62,365 nucleotides of DNA, filler included, from Hausera hauseri (GCA_046269625.1; 12 parts of 12 records of this genome joined end to end with filler, not necessarily neighbours in it), one strand, 5' to 3'; shown: positions 48,241-61,699, counted from the first letter of the whole stretch. The notes: generated by a model not told the origin, from the sequence alone. Numbers and translations are program-made.

Positions 48241-50760
48241 TTAGAGTGGGTTGATTTTGTAATTGTGATGTTGGACTGACTGCGAATCATAGATTTATGG
48301 TTAATAACAACGAAAAACCGAATACATGTTGAAAAATAGGAGAAGCTTTTTCAGGGAAACCCGTCAGTTTTGGGTATGATTTTTCGCATATTTCTGTTTG
48401 TTCAAGAATAAACCCAAAATGTAGACAACAGGACTTTACTGTATTGAAAATGACAAGCATATAAATCTTAATTTTCACCCTTTTGTAAAATGTTCTTAGC
48501 GTTAGTAGAAAACATTCATATTCCTTGGTATTTTTAATTTTTGTTCTGTTAAACTTTAGGATGTTACATTGTTGGTGAAATAACTTATTATGGGTAAAAG
48601 TCGTAAATCTATAGTTTTGACTAGATCAGAGAGTAGAAAGAAGTTCTATGGCCAACCATCCTCTTTGGATACAATAGAGCCTCCGACGTTGTGTCAAGTT
48701 ATTCAATATAGCTATTTTCTTAAAAACAGTTATACAAGTTTGGAAGATTATGACATTTCTAAAGTAATTTCGAAGGATGCTATTGAGGTCTGGTGATCGG
48801 TGAATCCACGCCTGCCACTCTATGATGGATATTACACTGTAAATAAGATATATAAAGCTTGTTTCCAGAAGAGCTGGAAAATAATCTAATGCGAAGACTG
48901 CACAATACTGGTTGTTCTCTTCATCAAAATGGAAGATGCTTTCAACAGTCCAGCAACAAAATTTAGAGGAAAGCCTTCATAAACGTTTTGACCTTTCTGC
49001 GTGCATCCGCTATCTGCTTATTCGATCATGCAATGACAAATCTGTGAAATGCTCAAATAAAAACTGTCCAACTCAACATATATAGTCTGCCTGTGCCCTC
49101 CAAGTAAGAAGGTTCCACTTGAGGAGAGATAGTACTTGAGAGATAAGAGAGCAAAACATGGACCAAAAGGTACATTATATTTGGGATCGGTAGATCATGA
49201 GGCGATAAAGACAACGAGAAGGGCCGAAGCAGAAGCCAAGATATTGAAGGGGCAGAAGCAAGCCAAGGACCTCCCATCCACGACAACGTCTTATGCTGTG
49301 TCGTCAAATTGAAGTCAATCCTCAAGCAACGATGGTGACGAGGATGAAGAGTTCAATTCTGATAGTATGCCCAGTGATTCTTACATTTTCACAAAAACTT
49401 CAAAATATGCAATTGAATTGATTAGGGGTGACGTGTCTTCGCGTCTTGGAGCCAGCCTCGCAAACGCATTTCTTCTAAACTTATAGGTTATGGATCTTTT
49501 CAAACCTGGTCTGGATATAGGACAAATGATCCTGGATATGTGATAAATTGATCCAGAAAAGAACAGAACGAAAGGCAAGAGTGATAAGAAGCAAGGTGAA
49601 AATATTGGCCCGTTAGGGTGTATTGGGGTTGATTCAAAGATTGATAGAGATACATGAATGTACAGGGAGGTTACAAGTGAAGATGGACAGATTAAACTGA
49701 TAAAAGGAAATGGATTTGAGCATCATTTGACTTTTATAAAAGAATCAGGAAAAGATAGTGGAACATATCTAACTCACAGGATCATCCTAACAAAAGGTGC
49801 AACAGGAGTTGTTCTTGGTACAGAGGTGGAAAATGTCTTGGAGGAGTTCCAATGTGTAAACTATCTCAAATCAGTACTCTTTGATAATACAGCAACAAAC
49901 ACTGGTTGGAAAGTGACCTTGTTACAGAGCTGGAAAATAATCTAATGCGAACACTGCACAATACTGGTTGTTCTCTTCATCAAAATGAACTCTTTTCGAG
50001 CAGTTTTTAAGTTCCTTTATGGCAACAATAAGAGTCCCACGACCTTCAGCAGCCCATTGGGTAAATTGTGCGAGACTGATCACCAGAATCTGCCACAGGC
50101 CAAGTTCAGATCAAGTCCACATGATGATGTCAAGTTTCCTGGTGAAACTCTGGTTAATCTCAGCACCGATCAGAGACTTCTTTTGGAGTATATTTGAGGA
50201 ATTTCCAGTGGCAGAGTTGACCGCAGATTTGCTGCATGGAAAATTTGACTCCTCAGTCATTCAGGATGGCTGACTCTGGCAATCAGGTTGATGTGTATTT
50301 GGACGAGAGGTGTTTGTTTGCCAGAACAGCAAGACAAGTTGTACCACGCCGAGATGTGAGGTCGAGGTATATGCAGTCAGATGGTTTGAGATCAAGAAGG
50401 ATAGCAAGTTCCGCAATACATTTACAACATGATCCAGAGGATCAAGAACCAATCAGAAGTTCAAAGGGTGGCTTTTAAGGATCTGGAGCACAACACCTTT
50501 GCTTTGCTGCCGGAGAACATGTTTTACTCCATACTGATGTCAAACGATCTGACAGTGAGACAGGCTGCTGAGAAGAAAATCCTCGTAATCACAGCTGGTG
50601 TCCCGCCAAAGAACCGACTGAAGAAGATCACAGCCATCAACAAGGAAGCAAGCTACTGGTCTGAACGGATCAATCTTTTACGTGATGGCATCTGTGTATC
50701 TGCTCTGATTGAACATTTCTCCGACACTGATCTTCACGATGCACTGGACAACGGTGTGGT
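48241..50760 (+). mobile_element. hAT-superfamily (hATm-like) DNA transposon, transposase pseudogene
   Basis: Begins TTAGAGTGG. Fragments: PTLCQVI, IGVDSK, FDNTATNTG, GCSLHQNE (CxxH), LSTDQ, HSGWLTLAIR, PENMFYSIL. The subfamily call rests on recalled motifs. Confidence 0.65.
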
Positions 50761-52639
50761 GACCACATCTACCCAATCAATTTGCAAACTATATAGTTTT
50801 TGTATTTGTTTTAATATGCGAAAAACACAATAAAAAGATTTTCGGAGTTTCTGATCGTTAGATATCATTACAGTTTATCTTATTACAACTCTTTTTCAAT
50901 TCAATTAATATTTCAAATTGAAGGAATATTTCACGAGGATTTATTAAATGATTTATTCAATCGCANNNNNNNNNNNNNNNNNNNNNNNNNNNNNNNNNNN
51001 NNNNNNNNNTTAATTAATTAANNNNNNNNNNNNNNNNNNNNNNNNNNNNNNNNNNNNNNNNNNNNAACACCACAGCAGTCATTAAACACAACGACGGCTT
51101 TAACCCTCTGGAAACTGAAGAAGGCGGGTCATTATCAGAAGATAAACTGTGACTGATGTTTTCCACTAAAGTGATGATCTGTAGCTCAGACTCTGCAGCC
51201 TGCAGAAGCCCCTGTGTGCAGCACCTTAAAATGCTTCAATACATCACATTTTACAGGACATTTAAAGAACAGCCTCTGCAGAGTGTGGGGAGTTTTAGAG
51301 GCTCACTGCAGAGAATGTAAAGACGTGTGGAGCAGCAACAGTTAACTCTCACCTGTATGAGCCTGACGGTCAGAAAACTACAATAACCTGATAAATGACT
51401 GAATTGATGGAGCTGCATGATGAGCCTTTCTCAGAGCTGGAAGGTTCCAGCGACTGCTCTTTACAGCCTCACTACCTGCTTCCAGCATGGAAACATTTCC
51501 CAGCCAGAGCTCCATCAGAGTCTCACATCAAACATCTCCTTAAAGCAGGCGTCTCATCCTCTGCAGGTTTCACCAGGGATAAACAATAAACAACAAGTCC
51601 TGCTCTCAGCTGCTCTTCATTTAGTTACTTATAATAAAAACCTGCATTTGACTTTGTCTCCTTTGTTTCTCAACATGATTTGATTTAAACAATGTTTTGA
51701 TATTTGATGTTTATCCTGATTGATCCTGTTGAGTCTTAATGTTTTCAGTCTGTTAAAGACTTGAGTTACTGAGAGCAGCTGAATTTAACTGTTTCTCCCT
51801 CTGAACTGTTAGAAAAAAGCTGTTTTAAGTTTGATTTAAACTGTCGTTCCTTCATAAATGTTTTAATGTTTTTTTTCTTTGGTCTGATTGATTTGTCCCT
51901 CCTGCCAACATGGCCGACCTGTTGCTCTAAAGCAGCTTGGATGTAATCAGTTCTTCCTGGGATCAAAGCAGGAAAATGGAACAACTGGACTCACAAAGAC
52001 TTTTAACTGAGTCTTTATTGATTCCAGTTTCTAAAGCCTCTGTTTTCCTGTGAGCAGCAGCTGTTCAAGTTTAAACAGTGAGTCTTTCTTCTTGTGGACA
52101 AAGAGCAGATGTAGAGAGTGAGGCAGAAGCAGCAGCTTGTCCTGAAGCTGAATCTTCTTCTCTCCACAGAGAGAAAAGCCCCTCAGAGACCCTGACAGCA
52201 GCAGAAGAAGAATGTGGAGTTAACACTCACCCTGATTCAGCTTTCAGTCCTCCGTCTTCTTCTCTGTCCCTCAGAATGGACTCTGAACTCCAGCTGAACA
52301 CTTCCTGTTCTACATGAAGAGGCAGCAAATCAGCTGAGTGGATCTGAGGCTGTTTCTGCTGCTCAAAGTTCACTTTTTATCACCTTGAAAAGAACAATCT
52401 GTCATTCTGACCAAAGCAGCTTTGTGTTCAGATGTTTTTGTCTCTGAAGTCAGACCAGATTCTGTTTCTCTGACAAAAGTCTGTTTTACTGGATAAAAGT
52501 CCGACAAAGACTCAATGAAGAGAGAAATAAAAACCTGTGTAAATCTACAGCAGTGTTTTAAAGTCAGCAGAAATAAAGTGTAGTTTCTTGTTGGCCCCTC
52601 ATCATTGGGGGGACCTGTGGTCAGAGGGGACCAGTGTTC

Positions 52640-52900
52640 TGGTTTCTGAGCATGGAGCTGGAGGATGAGCTGACCTGGAGCACCAGCACCAAAGTGCTAC
52701 TTCAAAAGCTCCATCAGAGGCTGTTTTCCTGAGAAAGCTCAGTAAAAAGCATCTTTAGTCAAATCTGCTCCTCACCTTCTCCCACTGCTCCTTGAGAGCG
52801 TACTTACGTACAGACTGGTGGTCCGGCAGCTGCAGCCCCTCAGAAAGGAACGTCTCCACAGGCTCATCAGCTCAGAGAACAATCAGCTGGATCCTCTGGA
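52640..52900 (+). mobile_element. Decayed non-LTR retrotransposon (Rex1/Babar- or L2-like) RT C-terminal fragment
   Basis: FLSMELEDELTWSTSTKVLLQKLHQRL followed, after a frameshift, by FLRKL; compare FLG.I.DDL.W..N...KKAQQRLYFLRKL. Confidence 0.6.
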
Positions 52901-55124
52901 ACTCATTTCTTCTTCTTCTTTCTTTATTTTCTGTCCATGTGTTTAGTGTGTGTCCTACACTGAGTGGACTGCAGCTACAGTTCACTTGTTTCTTGTAAAA
53001 GTGACATAAAGATCTGATCTAAATGAAAGGAGTGAAGAGGAGTTTGAGGCTTTCTGACTGCTTCAGTAATCATGATGAGGTAGTTTTCTCTGTTGAAGCT
53101 CCAAGTTAAGAGGCTTCACATGTAATGTCTATAATATGAATGCTGCTCATAGGCAGGGCTGGGATTTGAACCCAGGACCTCCTGTTTAGGAGCCAGGAGC
53201 TGTGAGCAGCTGAGCCACAGCTCCTCTCACTTCATTGTGTCAAAGCTTCCTGTAGAAAGTCAGAGACACATGTTAGATGTCAGCTGCTGGGAGGAGCTTC
53301 ATCAAATATTTCTGCTCCTTTTCTCAGCAGGAAAAACAGACTGAAACTCATCAAATGAAGAGAAAGTTTGAAACCTTGATTTGTGAACAGAAATCAAAGT
53401 GAAAAGAGAAACAGCAGATTCCAGATGAGCACAAAGTGTCTGCAGAAAAGCAGCTGTGCTTCTTCCTGAAGCTCAAGTAGACTGTAGAGAAAAGCAGGTC
53501 AAGTGTCTGAGTCAGCTAGAAGTGGACTTTGTGTGTTCCACAGTGTAGAGGTCATCATGTCTGCTTCACACACACAAGGTCCTGCTGAGACCCCCAGTGG
53601 AGACCAACACTAGCACAGTTTTCACATCAACTCTTGACTCTTGTGTTGCTACAAGAACATGTTTCATTCAGACCACAGAGACCTGAACCTGCTCTTCAGG
53701 GCCAACTTGTAGGACTTCCACGCTGGAAGGAGCAAGGATTTAGTCCCAGATTGACCACCCAGCTTAGAAAGAGGCCTTCAGGAGCTGCCAGTTCTTGGAG
53801 CTGTCTGCTTCCAGAAGAGCTTGAAGGAGACAAGCAGCCTTCAGACAGCAGCTACTGATGCTTTGATGACTGTGTTCAGATCATCATCATCACTCATCAA
53901 TCAGGAGTTCCTCATCAGTCCAGCCAGGATTGAAGCAGGGACCTTCACATCTTCTGAGTCCTTTCAGCACAAACTTTGTCCTGTGGACCAATGAAGACAG
54001 CTGGACAGCAGATTGTTGGAGCTTTCAGGTGCTGCCAGATGTGACGTGTTTAATCCCAGTTTGCTGACAGGAAGTGTCCTGACACATGACTCTCTCTGCT
54101 CTCCAACAAGGAGTCCTGCTTCACAATGAGTCCCACAAAGGAAACAGGCCTGAAGCAGCTGCTGGATGTTCTTTAATCCAACAACAGCATCTAGTCTCTG
54201 CAGCAGAGAGGATTTCATGCAACAAATGCAGGAATTAAAGGTGAAGAAGACGAGCAGCTTTGTGTCTGAAATGATTCATGTGTTCACTTTTCAGCTGCTG
54301 CTAAAAACATGTTGTGGACAAAGCATGGAGCTGCTGAAGCTTTAAAGGCTTTTTCTTCCCTCTCTCCTGTGTTTGTGGCTCCACTTGTCTTTGGGAAACA
54401 TGAAGAATGTGGAAGAAGGTGAAGTTTTGGAGCAGAAAGCTGCAGCTGCTTCTCTGTCTGAGAGGTGGAACAGCTCTGACTGAAGCTCACGTGTTTCTCT
54501 GAGACTCACTTTGATGCTGCTGCTTCCATGTTTCTGTCTGACTCTGAATCCTGCAGGCTGAAGTCAAACACCTGCAGCTGCTTCTGTCACCATCACTCAT
54601 CTGCTGCTGCTGACAGGGAAAACTCTGTGTCTGTTAGCAAAATATCTCACACACCACTGGAGGAGTTGGAACGAAACTTACAGAAAGTCATTATCAGATG
54701 TAGAAAAACAACTGATTTACTTTTAGAGTCAAAGCAAGTCAAGATGGCTGCCAGACTCAACTCAACTTAAAAACACTCCATGGTTAAAATTCAGAAGTTT
54801 TTAAAGATATTGGTCTAAAATAATGATTGAAGTAATGAAAATGATCTGAAGAGTATTTTTGGTTTTTCATCACTAAAATGTGTTACTTTTTGGAGCAGGC
54901 CTTAAAACCTGCCCTGCAGACAGGTACTAGAGAACATGGAGGTGGTAGTGGGGGAAAAGTGGACCTGAGTACTCAGGGCCCCAGAAGGGAGAGGGGGCCT
55001 TGAAAAACCTGATTTTTGTTTTACACATGAATTAGGACCCTCAAATTAATTGGTGTGATAATTTATTTCAAATGGTGCGAAAGTGTAGAGCTGCCACATG
55101 ATGTGAAATTATTTTTAAACTGGA

Positions 55125-55352
55125 TCTCATTATAATGAGAAAACAATCTTATAAAAATGAGAAAATATGTCATTATAATGACAAAAATATCTTGTTAAAA
55201 TGAGAAAACTATCTTGTTAAAATGAGAAAAACATCTTGTTAAAATGAGAAAAGTATCTTGTTAAAATGAGAAAAGTATCTTGTTAAAATGAGAAAACTAT
55301 CTTGTTAAAATGAGAAAAACATCTTGTTAAAATGAGAAAAGTATCTTGTTAA
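55125..55352 (+). repeat. 22-bp tandem repeat (ATCTTGTTAAAATGAGAAAA + 2 nt)
   Basis: About 7.5 near-perfect units from 55189 to the contig end, preceded by about 3 degenerate units. Confidence 0.95.
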
Positions 55353-55834
55353 NNNNNNNNNNNNNNNNNNNNNNNNNNNNNNNNNNNNNNNNNNNNTTAA
55401 TTAATTAANNNNNNNNNNNNNNNNNNNNNNNNNNNNNNNNNNNNNNNNNNNNAATGTAATAAAACATATAGATATTACACATTTACATGACCACATTCGT
55501 AAAATAACTCATATCTTCGATTTTGTTTCTGACTCACAATGGCTTCGTCCTTGATAGTTTTCAAGACATCACCTTTACGTCTTGCTACCTCTGTATTCAC
55601 ATCATTCCTCGAGTCCATGGTGAGATGCAATCGTCTTTCACAATTGACACCACGGATGATCCTGCTAACCCTAAATCGATTATTTTCCTCAACAAACAAT
55701 CTAGCCTTAAACCGTCCATAACTCCTCAAAACTCCTATAATACTCCTCTGAATAAGCAAACGGGTATTAATCCGTCCAATCCCTCTTAATGTACTGAATA
55801 TTTTACTGACAACCAAAATTTTAGTAAAACTTGG

Positions 55835-57130
55835 TTGCAATTCCACCAACTATGGCTTCAATCCTGTGACATTAAAAATTCTTTGGTTAAGGCTAACAAT
55901 CTTCTATTCCTTCTGCCAAACAACATCAAAATTTGTATCCACAATCTCATAGATATTTTTCAGCAGGCTGATCCTCATACTCAGCTTTACAATGCAATTC
56001 TAAAACTTACAGAGCCGTCCATGGACTCTATAATTCATCGCATCTTTAACGATAGCGCAATGGGCACAAAAAACCTTCTGAGTTCCTGTAAGTGTCGTTG
56101 ACTCACTTGCAAATACTAGGCGTAAGCAAGCGGCATAATTCAGACCTTCTGCGACGATATTTATTAAACGCATTGCCTAAACAAATTAGGGCACTTCTTA
56201 CCGATGTTGAGGAATCCACAGAGTTGGATAAACTAGCCGAATTGCCTGATAAAGCACATGAAGTGCTACAACTGAATTCCCAACCAATCGTATCAGCTGC
56301 AGTCACAACAAGCTACAATCAACTCAATACAACAATAGAGCAACAGTTGAACCAATTACGGGCTGAAAATTTGGCACTACAACAGACAAGAAATAACATT
56401 AATAATAGGTTGAACGATCTTTCACTACCGCGACGAAGTGTTCCTAATTTTAATCACGCTCGTTCTGTTTCCAGAAATCGGTCACCATCGCCTGCACGGT
56501 CTTTTGTGCGCTATTGTCATAGCAAATTTAATAATAAAGCTAATAAATGCTGTTTAGGGTGTAGATATTACAGTTCAAATTTACATTCAGACAAAATCGT
56601 TTGCATCTACCATACAAAATTTGGATTCCACGCTCAGAAATGTCTTTCAGGCTGCACCTATAAGAACAACACTAACCATACAACCAACAGACGTTCTATT
56701 TCCTCTAGTAATAGTCAGCCGATCTCATCAATCCAAAAAAACTAATTTCGCCGCCAGTACTCACGGCGGCGTCTGGCAAAGGCAACTTCTCCAATACTAC
56801 CTGCCGACACACTTCTTTTGAAATTTTTACACTAAAGGCTTCGATAACCGCAACAAAAATGCAATCCATAGACTTTCTTATTGACACAGGCACTGCGTTT
56901 TTTTTTGCTACAGCTCACTTTTCCTGTACAAAATTCACCATTCAAAGCTAAATCGTTATTTACGGCTTCAGGACAACCAATTGCCATTTCAGGTTCATTT
57001 AAATTGTCGTTCACCTTACCAAAATTTCATTCCATGTTTCATTGGACGTTTACCGTCGCCAATGTCCGCACAGCAATCCTAGGTTCCGATTTCTTATCCC
57101 ACTGTAATATTTTAGTTGATTGCAAATAAC
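55835..57130 (+). pseudogene. Ty3/Gypsy gag-protease (CHCC-type Gag), no RT downstream
   Basis: MGT.KPSEFL, LLRRYLLNALPKQIRALL, LDKLAELPDKAHE, CIYHTKFGFHAQKCLSGC; protease FLIDTG and ILGSDFLSH. Confidence 0.8.
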
Positions 57131-57850
57131 AATGTCTGAAACATAACACTACTGGATATCTTACCGAGTGAATAAATAGTTTATCCACTAAAGCGCAAAC
57201 TATCTTCCTGCGGAAGCCTATATTCAAAAATCCTGTAAGTAATCCAAACTTCTTCAACAATGATTTTTCATTTCGTAAATTTTTAATGATAATATCGATT
57301 ACCGTCAGATATCGCGACACGTTCAGTATTTGATTCATCTGCCGATTCCACAGAACGAGGATTACGCTGACGAACACAATCTACGTGCACAGAAACTGTA
57401 CCAATCTAGTAGAACACGAGATGCCAACAAACAATATCTCCGTCGATTGGTGAAGGACATTTGCAAGTTCTCCCGTCGAGCGTACATGTTTGATGTAATC
57501 CAGGGAGAGAAATCCCGCAAGAAGGCGAAAAAACAGGCACAGGAGGAGACTGTCTCGGTGGACAAATTGAAGGGGTCTATCGTTAGCCGGTTCAAGCGGT
57601 TGTTTTACTACGATATGGACTGTGTATTATCTCAGTGTTTATTGGCAGTTGTTAATTTCTTCAACGCTAATGCCATACTCGTCAATAAAAGAAAACCGCT
57701 GAGTAATTTATTCCTACCTCATACGAAAGTTATCAACATGGTCTTCTACTTGGTGGAACTGCCATGCAATTACAATCTCCTTATCCAGCTTATCGACGAA
57801 TGTTCCTTTAACGTTGCCCGTCTCATTGACCAGATGATGCGCATCGGCAA

Positions 57851-57898
57851 TGGTGTCAGAAGTGGGATTCGAACCCACGCCCACGAAGTGGACTGCGA
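57851..57898 (-). pseudogene. 3' half of tRNA-Leu including the CCA end (retrocopy)
   Basis: Minus strand reads TCGCAG-TCCACTTCGTGGG-CGTGGGTTCGAATCCCAC-TTCTGACA-CCA: 3' anticodon stem, long variable arm, T arm, acceptor strand and CCA. The 5' half is absent. Confidence 0.85.
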
Positions 57899-58231
57899 GA
57901 TTCACTTCTAATATTAGTTTTCGCGTTCATGTAATACGATGCGTTTTATTTTTTCATATTTTGTGAGAATAAAACAAATTATGGGTTTTTCGCCCATGAT
58001 ATATGTACATATATTTATGTAGATTACCTGACAGTTCAAAAGATATTGATTTTGTTTGTAATCCAGTTACTTGGAGTGGAAACAGAATTTTAGCTTATTT
58101 TGTTTGGGCCTGTGGTAACTGCGTGTTTATAAAAGTGTAGATGTTTTATTTCATTATTGCGTTATCGATAAAAAATATTGAATAAATAGGTTTATACTTA
58201 TTATCCTTTTTTACAATTTCGTATTTTAATA

Positions 58232-59820
58232 ATGGAGTTATGTAAAATCCTGGACCTTATGCAAGAACAACAGTGGTGTCAGAAGTATAACGAAGTCGAT
58301 CAGTTAAAAGAGAAAGACAATTATCTGACAATTGAATTTGAAGAATTAAAGAATACATTGGACAAAGTAAATTATGATGAGATTAAGCTGCCGGATTATT
58401 TTCTAATTGATGGGACGAATATATCCTTATTCTCAATATTTAATCATCTGTTGGATAAGCGTCAAAAATTAATGAAACAGAATTATTCTGTCGATGTTTC
58501 TGCAGATTTTCAATCGATCGTCAAATTAATTTGTTTTGATATTTCAACTAATGTGATTATTTTGAATGTCATGCTTAGGCTTATTTTAGATTTTCCAAAA
58601 AATGTACATACTCATGAATTATATCAACTATGTTCCCAATGGGTTTCAGTTGAAATTAGAAATGAATCATTAAAAAACCATTCGTTGTCAGTTGATGTTA
58701 ACTATTTGAATTCTTATCCGGAGCCGTTTTCACAAAATTTGGATTTAATTAAGATAGGGTCATATGAACACTATGTTTCCCAAATTGACAAGCCAGTTGA
58801 CTTCAGAAATCAAAATGAAGCTAAACTTCGAACGGAGAAAATTCTCGAAGCATTTGATAAATTGGATACCGAAGTCTTTCTACATGGAAAATTGAAAAGT
58901 TATCAAAACAAGTAGTACAAAACTAATGCAATTATTTCAAACTTGAACACCGTCATCAAATTCTAAATCAACAACGAAATTCGCAATTAATTCTATCAAA
59001 GATTGCATAATTAATACAAATCACAGTGCATCGTTTATGGATGTTAATATTCAAAATGCCGATTTCAGACACTTGATTTCGCATGCCGCAAAAAATACGA
59101 TGACAAAGTCGGATTTATTCATTTGAAATTATCCGACTTAGAATCAAATGCATCGTGTTACGAATTTATATTACGAATTTATACAAGTAAAATTCAACAA
59201 ATTTCAGATTTTATTGGTAAATTAGAAATTGTAATTAAACGTCGAGATTCGTTTGAACAAGACATTGCTGAAAACGACGAAATTATTGATGGAATTAACA
59301 AAAAACTGTTGGATAAAGATGTAATGATCGATCACTTTAGATAACGACGAATTTTTCGACGATATTAACAGGAAATTGTTAGATAAAGACAAATTTATTC
59401 AAGAAATTAGCAAGAAATTGACGGAGAAAGACTAACCCTTTCGTACAGTTAAACAAGAAATCAATAATCTGCACCTGTTGACTTCAGAAATTGGTGCATT
59501 ATTCGGCGTCGAATATGTTCCAAAAGCTGTTAATCCGTAAGAATTATTAAACGGTTTGCAACGTATACACGATAAAAAACAAACTTAGTAGATGAGTCCC
59601 AATCCATTCCGCAGTTTTCCACAGTTGGTCATCAAATCACAGATTTACGATCTTTAATTTATGATATCATCAACATTTTCGGTATTAATCATGATTCTTC
59701 TGCAATTAGGCGATCAGACATATTACTAGAACTCGAACAATGTAAACAAGGATTTGAAGACTGTCAGAAAATACGTGATAAAGAGGTTGAGAAATTAATT
59801 CAAATTGAAACGTTACAAAC
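58232..59820 (+). pseudogene. Unknown intronless ORF with coiled-coil-like C-terminal fragments
   Basis: 227-aa ORF followed by broken fragments with repeated INKKLLDKD / INRKLLDKD / ISKKLTEKD units. Confidence 0.35.
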
Positions 59821-61261
59821 TGCATTGTTAGGTTATGAAAGCAATACCTATGTGAGACTCAGTGGACAAGATGTTGAACGAGGAACGTTTTTTCATAGAC
59901 AATGTGTACTGCTTGATCAGGATCGTGATTTCGCTGTACATGTTCCCCTTCACAAGCTCTATTCGGGACAAGCTGACTTTTCCGTTAGTTTTTCGTCTCT
60001 TAGCGAATATGCTGCATTGTGTTTTGAACTCGGGTTTAGTCAAATCGACTCGAATACCTTTGTTGGGAAGCTCAATTTGAAGTTTTTTCAAAACAATACT
60101 CCATGTGTAATCAAATACTTCATTGCATCATGACAGTCGAAATGGCCAATCAGGGTCACTCTGCATCGTTTTCACGGTTTTGCATGCCAGAAATAACAAG
60201 GACCATCTACGGTTTTTACAGACCCTCATCTGCTATGTCCGTTGTAGAAACTTGTGCACGCCGGGGTAACATTAATTGCTGTGTATGAATTCGTCGGCAA
60301 TTGTTTTTCTCATGTATATTTTACGGATAACTTTTCTTTCCTCCCGTTGCTATATTTTTTGTATCTGATTTTCAGCCTCCGTACTTACAACATTTCTTGT
60401 CATACATCCATTTTCCACACCTCAAACTTCTATGGCCCCGTTGTACCCTCGTCTACAGCTTCAAATCTTCTTCTATGATGTCATTTCCACCCTTTTCCTG
60501 CCTTTGGATTAAAATTTGCTATAAATTTGATAATAACTTTGAGCAAAACATGGAGCCAGTTTGTTCTCTTCATTATTACCTCTCTTGATGATATCATTTG
60601 GGGATTTATCGCGATTCATTTACCCGATGATTCTGTACAGTACTTTCCATCCCTGTCTCAACTTGAAATTCAATCTATTTTTCAGACAACCCCGTCACAT
60701 TCCATACTTTCGGAATATCTTCCTGGATCCATCAATTACTCACAGAGTATTTTGATTTTCTTACATAACCGAATACACGTGGAACTGATAACGAAAGTTA
60801 TTGATACTTCCGTTGTTACATTGTTTTTGATTTTGCCCAATATGTGGCAACTTGACGGGAATATACTTATTACCACCTCCGATGTTTCTTTTTCCATATG
60901 TTCGTAACGGAGTAAGGCTGCGTGGATGGTTTCGCAGTACGCGCAGCAGTGCTGTTGAGTTTCTGGTCACCTTTGGTTATTTTGATTGGTATTCACCATC
61001 ATTCTCTAGTATCTGGCGTTCTTTTGTTCGTGCTCTCATACAATCAGGTTCATATCGGAATTCTACTACGAAGGGAATGTCCCTCACTTTACCGAAAATT
61101 TTGTCAACGACTTCTGCATACGTAAATTCTTTTATTCTTTCAACAATGCCACTGATTGACAAAGTTTCTACTGATACTATCTAGTTCATAGCTTTTCCTC
61201 GTGGCTCTACTTTCGTACAATGGAAGCAAAATACATCTCTGGCTAGGTCCACCGGAGGGGA

Positions 61262-61632
61262 TGCGGTCATCCCGGATCTTTAGGTACATCACAGCGTGAC
61301 CAACTATCTGGCCGTATGAACTATGTCAGTGGATCCTACGCGATGACCCTTTTCCTTTCAATACCACCTACTAGGGCCTGTGACACCCCTCTCATTTTCC
61401 TTTTTAATGAATAACTCTCAAATACTAACACGCAATATTAAATAAAATATAGACTCACTGTACTTACACAAATATGTACAACATTTTACTGCTCTTTCAG
61501 ACTTTTACTTAACTATTAATACTCTACCACTCATTAATGCCAATGTCCGCAAGTTTTTCTCTCCTTCGACCCCATATCTCGTTAACCGGATATACTGGCG
61601 CATACGTGGTGGAATGGACTCTTCACCCACTA
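61262..61632 (+). repeat. Candidate LTR
   Basis: Preceded by the purine tract GGAGGGGA (61254-61261), starts TG and contains AATAAA. Followed by a TGG-starting PBS-like motif at 61634 and then a gag copy. Confidence 0.4.
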
Positions 61633-61699
61633 TTGGCACCAGCCAAACACACATCTTAATGCACGGAATATTTTATCGATCACGAAAAAACCTGCAAAA

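Larger units (their letters stand above)
51066..55352. other. Compositionally distinct, teleost-like non-coding contig
   Basis: Rich in CTG/CAG and strongly CpG-poor, with no real ORFs. Contains a fish-type LINE remnant and a minisatellite. Confidence 0.6.

Noticed and set aside
53155-53220. tRNA or SINE-like motif GGATTTGAACCCAGGACC
   Set aside because: It is too short and degenerate to call beyond a possible SINE remnant.
55125-55352. CRISPR array
   Set aside because: The units are contiguous with no unique spacers, there are no cas genes, and the context is eukaryotic.
4216-55452. Recurrent TTAATTAATTAA palindrome as a biological repeat
   Set aside because: It is always centred in identical N padding, so it is an artificial six-frame-stop contig linker.
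57851-57935. Functional tRNA-Leu gene
   Set aside because: The anticodon, D arm and 5' acceptor strand are missing.
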